64,000 nt of DNA, taken from the NCBI GenBank assembly GCA_025350965.1, contig JANXWV010000072.1, positions 1,997 to 65,996 of the forward strand, in the 5' to 3' direction. A program made the translations under genes and the position numbers. This DNA comes from Rhizobacter sp. (GTDB lineage Bacteria > Pseudomonadota > Gammaproteobacteria > Burkholderiales > Burkholderiaceae_C). The notes beneath the pieces were generated by a model that was not told the origin of the DNA, made no database searches, and saw nothing but the letters and a program-made list of their open reading frames with translations. Numbering within the stretch: position 1 is the first letter of the stretch; every line of letters starts with the position of its first letter. Positions 49,214-58,484 of the stretch are shown here, in pieces.

Positions 49214-50800
49214 ATGACCCAGAGCAGTTCGCGATTCGTGGCAAGCCGGTGGAGCCTGGGCGTTTTTCTGTTGCTGAACGCCGGCGTGATGCTGATCGCC
49301 GTCGGCAACGACAGCTTCTGGATCGACGAGTTCTGGAACGCCTACTTCGCATCGCTGGACTCGCTCGGCAATTTGTACAAGGCATTGCGCGAACCTTACG
49401 GGTCACAGACGCCATTGCACTTCGTCTATGGGTATGCGTGGGCTCAGGTGTCAACTGCGAGTGAATTCGGCTTGAGATTGTCGAATTTGCCCCTGTTCAT
49501 GCTGGGCCAGGCGTCATTGTTCTGGGCCCTGCGCGATTCTCCGAAACCGATGGCCTGCGCCATGCTGCTCGTGAGTGCATTGCACCCGATGGTCTGGCAA
49601 TACTCGAACGAATTCAGGCCGTACATCATGATGTACGCCGGTGCAGAAATGCTTCTGGCCTACGTTCTTCACATCGAGGCTGCACGTCAGAACGATCGGG
49701 CGCCGGATGATCTGGGTTTGTTGATTTTCGTGGTGGGCGGAATATTGCTCTTCGGCGCGAGCTTGCTCGGCGTCTTTTGGGTGGCGTCGGCTTGTGCCTA
49801 TGTTTTGTACTTCCGCCATCGATATGCACCGAAAGGTCATTCCAACGCTCGTTTTGCATTCCTGTGCATCGGTGTTTTCGTCGCGACCACCGGTTTGCTG
49901 GCCGCGTACTACATCAACAGTTTGATGAGCGGTGCGGGGGGCTCCAGGTTGTCCGGCCCAACGTTCAGCAGCATGGCCTTCGCGGTCTATGAAATGCTCG
50001 GTTTATCGGGCATCGGGCCGGGCCGGCTTGTCGTGCGCGACGGTGGCGCTGAGTCGCTGCGCCCGTATGCGGTCGGGTTGGTGGCCGCTTCCGTGCTCGT
50101 GCTCGTCACCCTGGCGGCAGGGCTGCGGGAAGCCAGGATCGTGCTGGGCAACCGGGCCCTCGGGTTGATGCTCGCGCTCGGCTCTTTTCCGATCATCGTG
50201 GTGGTCGCTGCCGGTTTCATCATGCATTGGCGGTTTCTCGGGCGGCACATGATCGCCAGCTTGCCGCTGCTGAACTTGCTGTTGGCCCTGGGCCTCGCGA
50301 GGTTCTGGCGTGAAAGACCCGAAGGGTTTTTGTTCGGTAAGGCATTGATAACCACGCTGGTACCCGCGCTGTTCATGATCGTGTTCGTTGCGTCGTCGCT
50401 GTGCTTTCGGTTTGCCGACCGGCACCGCAAAGAGGACTACCAGTCCGCTTCGGCTATCGCGTTGCAGGAATTGGCCGCTGGGAAGCGTGTGTGGTGGGTG
50501 GCCGATGTGCTGGGGGCACGCTACTACGGCCTGCCCGGTGAGTTCGACTACATGGGCGAACTCACCAACAAACACGAACCCTATGACTGCGTGGACCGGC
50601 CCGGTGTGCAAGCGGTCGGGGATGCGCCGGCAGGGTGCCTGGGCAGGCTCGCCGCGCCGGACATCGTGATTCTCTCCAGGCCGGAAACGTTTGACCGTCT
50701 CGGTGTGATCACTGCCTATCTGCAGGCGCGCAGTTTCGTCAAGGTCAGAGACTTGGCTGCATTCACGGTCTGGCGGCCGGCCACGGAAACCGGCCGCTGA
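49214..50800 (+). CDS. Polytopic membrane protein, GT-C fold glycosyltransferase-like (GT39/ArnT/PMT)
   Basis: DSFWIDE loop motif, TPLHF, SEFGLRL and E.RPY; many TM helices. Confidence 0.72.
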   Translation: MTQSSSRFVASRWSLGVFLLLNAGVMLIAVGNDSFWIDEFWNAYFASLDSLGNLYKALREPYGSQTPLHFVYGYAWAQVSTASEFGLRLSNLPLFMLGQASLFWALRDSPKPMACAMLLVSALHPMVWQYSNEFRPYIMMYAGAEMLLAYVLHIEAARQNDRAPDDLGLLIFVVGGILLFGASLLGVFWVASACAYVLYFRHRYAPKGHSNARFAFLCIGVFVATTGLLAAYYINSLMSGAGGSRLSGPTFSSMAFAVYEMLGLSGIGPGRLVVRDGGAESLRPYAVGLVAASVLVLVTLAAGLREARIVLGNRALGLMLALGSFPIIVVVAAGFIMHWRFLGRHMIASLPLLNLLLALGLARFWRERPEGFLFGKALITTLVPALFMIVFVASSLCFRFADRHRKEDYQSASAIALQELAAGKRVWWVADVLGARYYGLPGEFDYMGELTNKHEPYDCVDRPGVQAVGDAPAGCLGRLAAPDIVILSRPETFDRLGVITAYLQARSFVKVRDLAAFTVWRPATETGR

Positions 50801-51827
50801 CAGCCCGCCGATTCTTGCTGAACCCACGCTCCACCAGCAGCCGGATCGCGGGCGCATTGACTGACCGCGTTCCCGTTGCGCCGCGGGGCAGCGACCGGTC
50901 GAGTTCTGCGTCCCACCCTTCGTACTCGCGAAACGAGTGGTAGGCCCAGCCCCAGCCTTCTGTCTCGAAGAGCTCGATGGCATCGCTAAGAAAGCGTGCC
51001 GCCGAATCGCCAGGGGCCCAGCGAACCACGCTGAATTCGCCCACGAATATCGGCACGGAATACTTGCGCGCGAAAGCGCGAACCGGCTCGACTGCGTTCG
51101 ACAGAACGGCCTTCGACGCCGCCTCCGACGGGTAGCTGACTGCAGCCCGATGCTCATACAGGCCCTGGTGCGTGAGTGCGTGGGGCTCGTAGAAGTGAAA
51201 GCTGTACACGACACCGGGAAAGGGCAAGGGTGTGAGCCCCGCAAAGCCCTTCGGCAAGGCCCACGGCGAGGGCTCGAAGATGATGGTGCTGTCGGCGTCT
51301 TCCGCGCGAATGGCCTGGATGATCTTCAAGGCCAGATCACGCCACGGGTCGCCGTTCCGATCTTCCGTGACAACAGGTTCGTTGACCAGGTCGTACCCGG
51401 CGATGACGGCGTTCCCCTTGAACCGTTCGGCCACGCGGGCCCAGGTGTCGACCAGGCTCGCCTTGAGCTCCGGGCTGTTCCAGTGAACCGCGGCATCGCC
51501 CAACGGCAGGGGCACCAGCGCAACGATGACCTTGAAGCCGTGCTGGCGGCCCATCTCCACGGTTCGTTCGAGGTACTCCCATTCACTGGCGGCCATGTCG
51601 AAGCTCCGGCCGCTGGCGCTGACCGGCACGTTGATGCCGATGCGGACCACGTTGGCGCCATAGGCGGCGAGGTCGGCATAGTCCTTCGCCGCGAACGGGG
51701 CATGGCCTCTAGCGCCGAGATTGAAGCCCCGCAATACGGGTGTGTTGTCCGGGCTGCCCGCCGCACCGCCATGGCTTGCGGCGCAGACGAGGCCGAGCAC
51801 GAGCGCGGCGATCACGGACCTCGCCAT
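50763..51827 (-). CDS. Secreted GH5 (cellulase family) glycoside hydrolase
   Basis: LRGFN, GANVVR, YDLVNEP, YSFHFY, IFVGEFS and GWAYH. Confidence 0.88.
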   Translation of the reverse strand: MARSVIAALVLGLVCAASHGGAAGSPDNTPVLRGFNLGARGHAPFAAKDYADLAAYGANVVRIGINVPVSASGRSFDMAASEWEYLERTVEMGRQHGFKVIVALVPLPLGDAAVHWNSPELKASLVDTWARVAERFKGNAVIAGYDLVNEPVVTEDRNGDPWRDLALKIIQAIRAEDADSTIIFEPSPWALPKGFAGLTPLPFPGVVYSFHFYEPHALTHQGLYEHRAAVSYPSEAASKAVLSNAVEPVRAFARKYSVPIFVGEFSVVRWAPGDSAARFLSDAIELFETEGWGWAYHSFREYEGWDAELDRSLPRGATGTRSVNAPAIRLLVERGFSKNRRAVSGRFPWPAARP

Positions 51828-51840
51828 GCCGTTCCCAACC

Positions 51841-53457
51841 CTAGCCGCGCTCAGCGAGCATCAGCTCGGCCGCCTTCGCGCCGATCACGTACGCGGCCGC
51901 CTGGGTGTTGCCACTCACGGGGGTGGGCATGATCGAGTTGTCGGCCACGTGCAGGCCATCGATGCCCCGCACGCGCAACGACGCATCGACCACGGAATCG
52001 CGGCCGCCGCCCATGCGGCAGGTGCCCGCCGGGTGGTAGGCCAGCGCCGCCTCGGTATCGAGGTAGCGGCCCCAGTCGGCGTCGCTGGCGTTGCCGGGGT
52101 CGATCTCGATCCACGACTTGATCTCCGGCGCGAGCGGTGCGCACGACGCGATGCGGTGCACCAACCGGCAGCCCGCGATGAGCGTCTGCCGATCAGCGTT
52201 GTCACACAGCAGCGAATGGCGAATGACGGGTGGCTCCAGCGGGTCGGCACTGGCCAGCATGACCTCGCCCTGCCCGCGCCCCTGCGAGGCCATGACCGTG
52301 AACATCACGGCCGGCGTGCGGGCGCGCTTGACGCCGCCCGGCGTGCGCTCGAATGCGTAAGGATAGAAGGCGATCTGCACATCGGGCCGGCTCGATTCCG
52401 GTGTGCTGCGCAGGTGCGCCAACAACTGGGCGTGCGGCGACGCGAAGGGCCCTTCGCGGTGGCGGATGTAGCGCCACAGGTGGCGCAGGCCCGCCACCGG
52501 CCCGGCCTCGACGTTGTAGGTGCTGCTGCGCACGCGTGCCGACAGCTTCACCACCGGGTGGTCCATCAGGCCTTGCCCGACCCCCGGCAGATCGGCGCGG
52601 ACCGCGATGCCCAGCGCGCGCATCGCCGCAGCCGCACCGATGCCCGACAACATCAGCAATTGCGGTGTCTTGATGGCCCCGGCGCACAGCACCACGCCAT
52701 GCCGTGCCGTCACCTCGCGCAGCTGGCCCTGGTGCAGGAAGCGAGCGCCGGTGCACCGGCCGCCTTCGATCAACAGGCCCACGCACTGGGCACCCGTGAG
52801 CAGGCTCACCGCGTGCTCGCCGCCGCGCAGCGCAGGGCGCAGGAAGGCGCGCGCGGCGTTCACCCGCAGGCCGGCTTGCTGCGTGACCTGGGCCCAGCCC
52901 GCGCCTTCGAAGTGCGCGCCGTTGGTGTCGTCGGTCCAGGGCAGGCCGGCTGCCCCCATGGCGGCCGCAGTGGCCTGCGCCAGTGGGTGCCGGGTGCGCG
53001 TGAATGCCACCGGCAACGCGCCGCTGCGGCCGCGCCATTCATCGCCTTCGATCGACGTGCGCTCCAGCTGCCGGAACAGCGGCAGGAGATCGGCATGGCC
53101 CCAGCCGGGGTTGCCCGCGTCGCGCCATGCGTCGTAGTCCTGCACCGAACCGCGCACGTAGATCGTGCCGTTGATCGTGCTGGTGCCGCCCACCACGCGC
53201 CCGCCCGCCCAGCGTTCGGCCCGGCCCTGCAGGCTCGGGTCGGGCAGGCTCGTGTGCTGCCAGTCGTAGGCCGGGCGCGCGTACATCCATTTGGTGGCGA
53301 CGGGCACGCGGGTGCGCAAGCCGGCATCATCGCCGCCCGCCTCCAGCACCAGTACGGACCGGTCGGCAGCCGAAGCCAGGCCACCCGCGACCACGCAGCC
53401 CGACGTTCCCGCGCCGATCACCAGGTGGTCGACGATCAGCGGCTGCATGCTGTTCAT
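51841..53457 (-). CDS. GMC oxidoreductase
   Basis: IGAGTSG, VLEAG, GGTSTING, PQLLMLSGIG, H.AGTCRMG and SGNTQA. Confidence 0.92.
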   Translation of the reverse strand: MNSMQPLIVDHLVIGAGTSGCVVAGGLASAADRSVLVLEAGGDDAGLRTRVPVATKWMYARPAYDWQHTSLPDPSLQGRAERWAGGRVVGGTSTINGTIYVRGSVQDYDAWRDAGNPGWGHADLLPLFRQLERTSIEGDEWRGRSGALPVAFTRTRHPLAQATAAAMGAAGLPWTDDTNGAHFEGAGWAQVTQQAGLRVNAARAFLRPALRGGEHAVSLLTGAQCVGLLIEGGRCTGARFLHQGQLREVTARHGVVLCAGAIKTPQLLMLSGIGAAAAMRALGIAVRADLPGVGQGLMDHPVVKLSARVRSSTYNVEAGPVAGLRHLWRYIRHREGPFASPHAQLLAHLRSTPESSRPDVQIAFYPYAFERTPGGVKRARTPAVMFTVMASQGRGQGEVMLASADPLEPPVIRHSLLCDNADRQTLIAGCRLVHRIASCAPLAPEIKSWIEIDPGNASDADWGRYLDTEAALAYHPAGTCRMGGGRDSVVDASLRVRGIDGLHVADNSIMPTPVSGNTQAAAYVIGAKAAELMLAERG

Positions 53458-54512
53458 GCCAGAGCCTGCGGCACGGGCTTCACGATGCCTCGTTTGATCA
53501 GCGTGGCGGCGTCGGATGCGGGGGCCCAACCGAGGCGCTGCTTGGCCAGGTCGGGCCGGTAGAACGCGCGACAGCTCAACCCGTCGATGTACCGGTAGCT
53601 CGGCATGCGGCGTTCCGGCGAACCGGCCAGCGTTTGCAGCGCCCACTTCGCGGCGCTCCGGGCAAACAGCCACCACGTCGGCAACCTTACCCGCCTGATC
53701 CGCGTGCCGGCGACACGCTCGAGAGCGTCGAGATACTCGTTGCCCGACAGGCAGGGCTCGCCCACCAAATTGAACGATTGCCCGTTGATTCCGGGGGCGC
53801 TCAGGGCGCGAGCCATTGCATCTGCGCAGTCGTCGACCAGAACGAACGGCAGGCGGTTTCGGCCGTTGCCCCAAGGGTGGCAAAGGGCCGACGACGGCCA
53901 GGCGCCCAGGCCCGGGTGGAACGGGCTGCCGCCGGCGCCGATCACGATGCCGGGGCGGAACACCACCACGGCCAAGCCGCGCTCACGGTGCATCTGCGCG
54001 AGCAGTTGTTCGCTCGCCACCTTGGCACGTGCGTAGAGGCTAATGCGCATGGCAGCGCCGCTTGGTAGCGTGGTTTCGGTGATGACGCCTGCAGCGCGCC
54101 CGCCGTCGTAGATGGCGATCGACGACGTGTAGTACAGGGCGATGCGGCGCGCGCAGCACAGCTCGGCAAGGCTTCGGGTCGGCTCCACGTCGAGCCGCAG
54201 GCAATCGGCCCAGGTGCTGCCCGAACCCCGCGCAAGGTGGTAGACGTGATCGATGCCCTCGAGCGCGGCCTCCACCGAGCGGGTGTCGGTGATGTCGCCC
54301 TGGACCAGCTCGGCGCCTTGGCTTGCCAGCGCCCGCGCCGGCCCCGATGTTCTGCGGACCAGCGCGCGAACACCGAGCCCGCCCTGGCGAAGTCGCCTGA
54401 CCAAGGCCTGGCCCATGAACCCGGTGCCACCCAACACGAGCACCCTCGGGCGCGAGGGTGTGGGGTTGATCGGGGCGGTCGGGTCGGGTCGGGGCGCGGC
54501 GTGGCCCGGCAT
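53454..54512 (-). CDS. NAD-dependent epimerase/dehydratase family protein
   Basis: VLVLGGTGFMG, TSS, YARAK and RPGIVIG. Confidence 0.88.
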   Translation of the reverse strand: MPGHAAPRPDPTAPINPTPSRPRVLVLGGTGFMGQALVRRLRQGGLGVRALVRRTSGPARALASQGAELVQGDITDTRSVEAALEGIDHVYHLARGSGSTWADCLRLDVEPTRSLAELCCARRIALYYTSSIAIYDGGRAAGVITETTLPSGAAMRISLYARAKVASEQLLAQMHRERGLAVVVFRPGIVIGAGGSPFHPGLGAWPSSALCHPWGNGRNRLPFVLVDDCADAMARALSAPGINGQSFNLVGEPCLSGNEYLDALERVAGTRIRRVRLPTWWLFARSAAKWALQTLAGSPERRMPSYRYIDGLSCRAFYRPDLAKQRLGWAPASDAATLIKRGIVKPVPQALA

Positions 54513-54594
54513 GTCGGCTTCCTACTCGGCGGGTTGTGCGCGTGCCAAGGCAGTGGGGATCATCGTGGCTTTTGCAACTCGCGCGTGTGAACCA

Positions 54595-55923
54595 TCAGGG
54601 CGGCAGCGCTGCGCCGCTTGCAGTCGTTGCCGCGACTGCACTCGCGTCGGGTGCGTCGATCCAACCCGCGAGCAGGGTCTCGTATTCCTTGAGCACGTTG
54701 TCCCAGGTGAAGCGGTCCCGGTGCCGCAAACGGCTGGCCGCTTTGAGGCAGTCGATCAGCGGGGCATCTTCGAGCAGCAGACTCATCTTGTCCGCGCAGT
54801 CGCTTTCGCCTGCGAAATACACCCCACCATCACCCGCAACGCCGCGATTGAACCGGTTGTCGTGGGCCAGGATGGCGTTGCCGCTCCCGAGCGATTCCAC
54901 GAGCGACGGGTTGGTGCCGCCCACCTGGTGACCATGGATGTAGAAGCGCGCGAAGAAGCGCAACGCCTGGACCACCGGCTTGTCGTACACGGCGCCAACG
55001 AACAGCACTTCGCCCGAAGCCGCCGCGATCACCGAGTCTTGGTAGGTGTGCCCTTCTTCGTACTTCCCCAACACGATGAGCGGCATGCCACGGGGTTCGC
55101 GGGACCATGCCGCCACCACCTCGAGAATCGAGTTCTCGGGCTCCGGCCGCGCAATCAGAATCGCGTAGTTGCCCGGGGTGAGACCGTAGCTGTCCAGCAC
55201 GGCTGCATCGGCCGAGGTGATGGCATCGGCCCCATAGGCGATGGTCGTGATCTTGCCGCCGCCGACCCGGGTTTCGAGGTGGCGCTTGATCTCCGGATGG
55301 TCCGCGATGAGGTGGTTGCCGAGCCAGCAGCCGAGCCAGTCGTTCATCCAGAACCAGGCTTTGGCGAGCTTGCCCCACTTCTGGCGCCGCCATTCGATGC
55401 CGTCCATGCTGATCACGTTCGGCAAGCCTTTCAGGCGATAGAGCGCGCAGAAAACGGCTGTGTTGTAACCCAGCGTCAATGCCACGCCCGTTTCCTTGAT
55501 GGCATGCAACGTGGACCGCCAGTCGAACACGATCGTGCCGGCCACCCCGGGCGTCGACACCGGGATGCGGACGCGTCGAATGCCCTGCCACATGTCTTCG
55601 CAAACCGCACCGTCGCCGTCTTCCTGGCAGTACACGGTGACGTCCCAACCGTGCTTGACCAGGTACAAGGCCAGGTACTCGGTGAACGTTTCGAACCCGC
55701 CGTGAGCGGCCGGGATGCCGCGAATGCCGAGGATCCGCAGCTTCTTGGCCCCCAGCGGCTGCACCGCGTTCGCGGCTTCGAACAGGTGCGGCTTGAACGG
55801 CAGCACCGTGCCGGTCGACACCGGCTCCGGCGGGGTGTCGGCAGGGCCTGCAGCCAGCGCCAGCTGCACCCCGGCGGCAGCCAGCATCGGGTTCGGTCTC
55901 GACCGCAGTCGGGTTGGGCTCAT
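54595..55923 (-). CDS. GT4 glycosyltransferase (DUF1972, rhamnosyltransferase-like)
   Basis: ILG.RGIPA.HGGFETF, DGIEW.R.KW, ARPEPEN and HGHQVGGTNPSLVE; start uncertain. Confidence 0.9.
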   Translation of the reverse strand: MSPTRLRSRPNPMLAAAGVQLALAAGPADTPPEPVSTGTVLPFKPHLFEAANAVQPLGAKKLRILGIRGIPAAHGGFETFTEYLALYLVKHGWDVTVYCQEDGDGAVCEDMWQGIRRVRIPVSTPGVAGTIVFDWRSTLHAIKETGVALTLGYNTAVFCALYRLKGLPNVISMDGIEWRRQKWGKLAKAWFWMNDWLGCWLGNHLIADHPEIKRHLETRVGGGKITTIAYGADAITSADAAVLDSYGLTPGNYAILIARPEPENSILEVVAAWSREPRGMPLIVLGKYEEGHTYQDSVIAAASGEVLFVGAVYDKPVVQALRFFARFYIHGHQVGGTNPSLVESLGSGNAILAHDNRFNRGVAGDGGVYFAGESDCADKMSLLLEDAPLIDCLKAASRLRHRDRFTWDNVLKEYETLLAGWIDAPDASAVAATTASGAALPP

Positions 55924-56055
55924 CGGTCACCTCGTCGTGGATGTTCAAACGAATGCTTGCCTGACGGCGATGCAAAGTGCCCTGCGCCCCGTTTGTCCGT
56001 TGGGAGCCTGGCGTTCGCCGCGAGTGGACCGAACGAGTGTTTTGCAACCGGTGTC

Positions 56056-56069
56056 TGAAATCGCTTTCA
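56056..56069. promoter_or_regulatory. LacI operator TGAAATCGCTTTCA inside the EPS cluster
   Basis: Exact reverse complement of TGAAAGCGATTTCA in the 55924-56156 intergenic gap. Confidence 0.8.
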
Positions 56070-56156
56070 AACACGCTCCGACTTTATCTGCATCACACCT
56101 TGGTGGTGCTGCTGACCCTGATTTGAGTGGGGGCTTTGTCGTGCAGCGGGCGGGGC

Positions 56157-58484
56157 TCAAACGCCCCTGGCCAACGCCGCGAGGTAGCAAGCGCCGGTGA
56201 GTTGCCCGATGCGCTCCCAGCTGTAGCCGGTGCGCATCAGTTCCAGCCCGTTCGCCGCCACGCGTTGCAGGGCAGCCGGGTCGGCCAGCACGGCCCGAAG
56301 CTGCTGCGCCAGGTGGGCCGAATCGCCGGTGCGGAAAACATGGCCGGTCACGCCGTCTTCGATCACTTCTGTCATACCGTCCAGGTCGGCGGCGAGAACG
56401 GGTTTGCCGTAGCTCATGGCCATCAGGATCACGCCGCTTTGGTAGATCCTTCGGTAGGGCAGCACGACCAGGTTTGCGGCGGCGTAATAGGCGGCGACTT
56501 CGTCGTCGGCGATGTAGCGAACGTGGGCAACGCAATGGTCGCGCAAGCCGAGCCGGTCGATCTGGCCCTGGTACTGCGCGAAGTCCTGCCCCCACATCTT
56601 GCCGGCGATCAGCACCACCAGTTCGGGCAGGTCGGCCTTGATCGACGCCGCAGCGTCGAGCAGCAGGTCGAGCCCCTTGACCTCTTTGATCTGCCCGAAG
56701 AACAGCAGCACGGTGGCGTTGCGGGGAAGGCCCAGCTTCGCCCTGGCCGCCTCGGCCGGCGGCATTGCTCCGACGTGACCCAGGTAGTTGCCGTGCGGGA
56801 TCACATGGATCTTCCGCTCGGGCATGCCCAACACGCGCACCAGCTCGCGCTGGCTCACCCGGTTGTGCGCGATGACGCCATCGGCCAGGCCGTAGACCAT
56901 CGATTTGATGCCTGACCACTCGCTGCGGAACGACTCGACGTCGTGCGCGGTGATGACCACCCGCAGCAACAGCAGCCGGGCGAGAAGCACGTTGAACAGC
57001 TCGAGCACACCGACCTGAAAGACGTGGAAGTGAGCGAGCCTGTTGCCGCCACGCCGCGCACCCATCAGCGCGCGCACGCTCCCGGCCAGGTAGCGAAGCC
57101 CGCGCCGCCACGCCGGGTCGGCACCGAAGATGCGGCGGTAGACCCGGTTCACCTTGAACGGCAGCCCGGGGGTCGCATGCGTCTCGTCGCAGGTGTAGAG
57201 CGTGGGCGTGACGTTCGCGCCCACCAGCCCTTCGCACAGGCCGAAGTCGTAATAGTTCATGCCGCCGTGGCCACCGACCGGCTCGATGATCGCCACGCGA
57301 CTGTTGCGGGCGCGCCCGTGGCTGCGCTCCACGGCCGACACGATGGCCGCCATGAAGGCACGCTCGAACGCCGGCAAGGAAAAGGTGTCGAGCACGCGCT
57401 GGTGGTGAGCTTCGAGCAGCGCCGGCTCGTGGTTGCCAGCCACTTCAACGAGCCGCGCTGCCAGCGCGGGCGCATCACCGCTGGGGAACAGCCAGTGCGG
57501 CGGCAGCGTGTCGGCCATGCCGTCGACGGCCGAAGCAAGCACCGGACGCCGGAAATACATGGCTCCCAGCATGACCAGCGGAACACCTTCGTAGCGCGAC
57601 GGGAGCATCAGCGCGTCGATGGCCGAATAGACCACCGACAAGTCATCGGCCCAGCCCGCGAACACCACGGCGTCCTCAACGCCCTCGGCGCGCACAAGCG
57701 CCTTCAACGCAGCGAGGTCCGGCCCGTCACCCACCACCAGCAGCTTCAGGTTCGCGACGCTCTGGCGCGCCAGCGCCAGGCCCTTGACGGCGAGGTCGGG
57801 TCGTTTCTGCCAGAACTGGACGCGGCCGACCAGCGCGAACACCCAGTCATCGGCGCCCAGGCCCAGCGCGGCGCGGGCCGTGTTCTTGTCGACCGATTGA
57901 TAGCCGGCAACATCCATCGAGGCGGCCACCACGGTCACCGGCTGGCGCAGCCCCTTGCGCCTGAGGTAGTCCTCCATGCGTGGACTCACGGTGAAGTACT
58001 CGTCGGGCAGCCGGTAGTAGATGCGGTTGACCGGTTCGCGCAGCGCCGCCTTGACGCGTGAAGCTGAAAAGAATCGCTCCGGGTGGGTCATGGGGATGGT
58101 GCTGATGGTGTACAGCCCCATTCTTTTCGCGGCAATCAACCCGACGCTGCCAAAAGCGATGGCCCCTTGTGCGACCACGACCACGTCGGGCGCATAGGCC
58201 GCCATCGAGGCCGCGATTCTGCGGATCGCGCGGCCCGAGATCAGCGTTCGGAGAAACTGGAACTGCCCGGAGGCGTAGTCCTGGGGCATCGGCTTGAAGG
58301 CCGGGCATTGCGCGGCCAACTCGGCGATCTGCCGGGACAGCCTGACATTGCCGTGGAAGTACATGAAAGCCGCTTCGACGTTCGGCTGCGCCACCACATG
58401 CCGCACCCCCGCCATGGTCTGTACTTCATGGCCGCCGAATTCGACTGCATCGTCGTAGAACAGGATCTTCAACGGGCGCGTCAT
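56157..58484 (-). CDS. Tandem double GT4 glycosyltransferase
   Basis: Two GT-B modules: FGGHE..PSRYEG.P and GHGGM..FFGQI..VKG.D..PYRRIYQSGV. Confidence 0.88.
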   Translation of the reverse strand: MTRPLKILFYDDAVEFGGHEVQTMAGVRHVVAQPNVEAAFMYFHGNVRLSRQIAELAAQCPAFKPMPQDYASGQFQFLRTLISGRAIRRIAASMAAYAPDVVVVAQGAIAFGSVGLIAAKRMGLYTISTIPMTHPERFFSASRVKAALREPVNRIYYRLPDEYFTVSPRMEDYLRRKGLRQPVTVVAASMDVAGYQSVDKNTARAALGLGADDWVFALVGRVQFWQKRPDLAVKGLALARQSVANLKLLVVGDGPDLAALKALVRAEGVEDAVVFAGWADDLSVVYSAIDALMLPSRYEGVPLVMLGAMYFRRPVLASAVDGMADTLPPHWLFPSGDAPALAARLVEVAGNHEPALLEAHHQRVLDTFSLPAFERAFMAAIVSAVERSHGRARNSRVAIIEPVGGHGGMNYYDFGLCEGLVGANVTPTLYTCDETHATPGLPFKVNRVYRRIFGADPAWRRGLRYLAGSVRALMGARRGGNRLAHFHVFQVGVLELFNVLLARLLLLRVVITAHDVESFRSEWSGIKSMVYGLADGVIAHNRVSQRELVRVLGMPERKIHVIPHGNYLGHVGAMPPAEAARAKLGLPRNATVLLFFGQIKEVKGLDLLLDAAASIKADLPELVVLIAGKMWGQDFAQYQGQIDRLGLRDHCVAHVRYIADDEVAAYYAAANLVVLPYRRIYQSGVILMAMSYGKPVLAADLDGMTEVIEDGVTGHVFRTGDSAHLAQQLRAVLADPAALQRVAANGLELMRTGYSWERIGQLTGACYLAALARGV

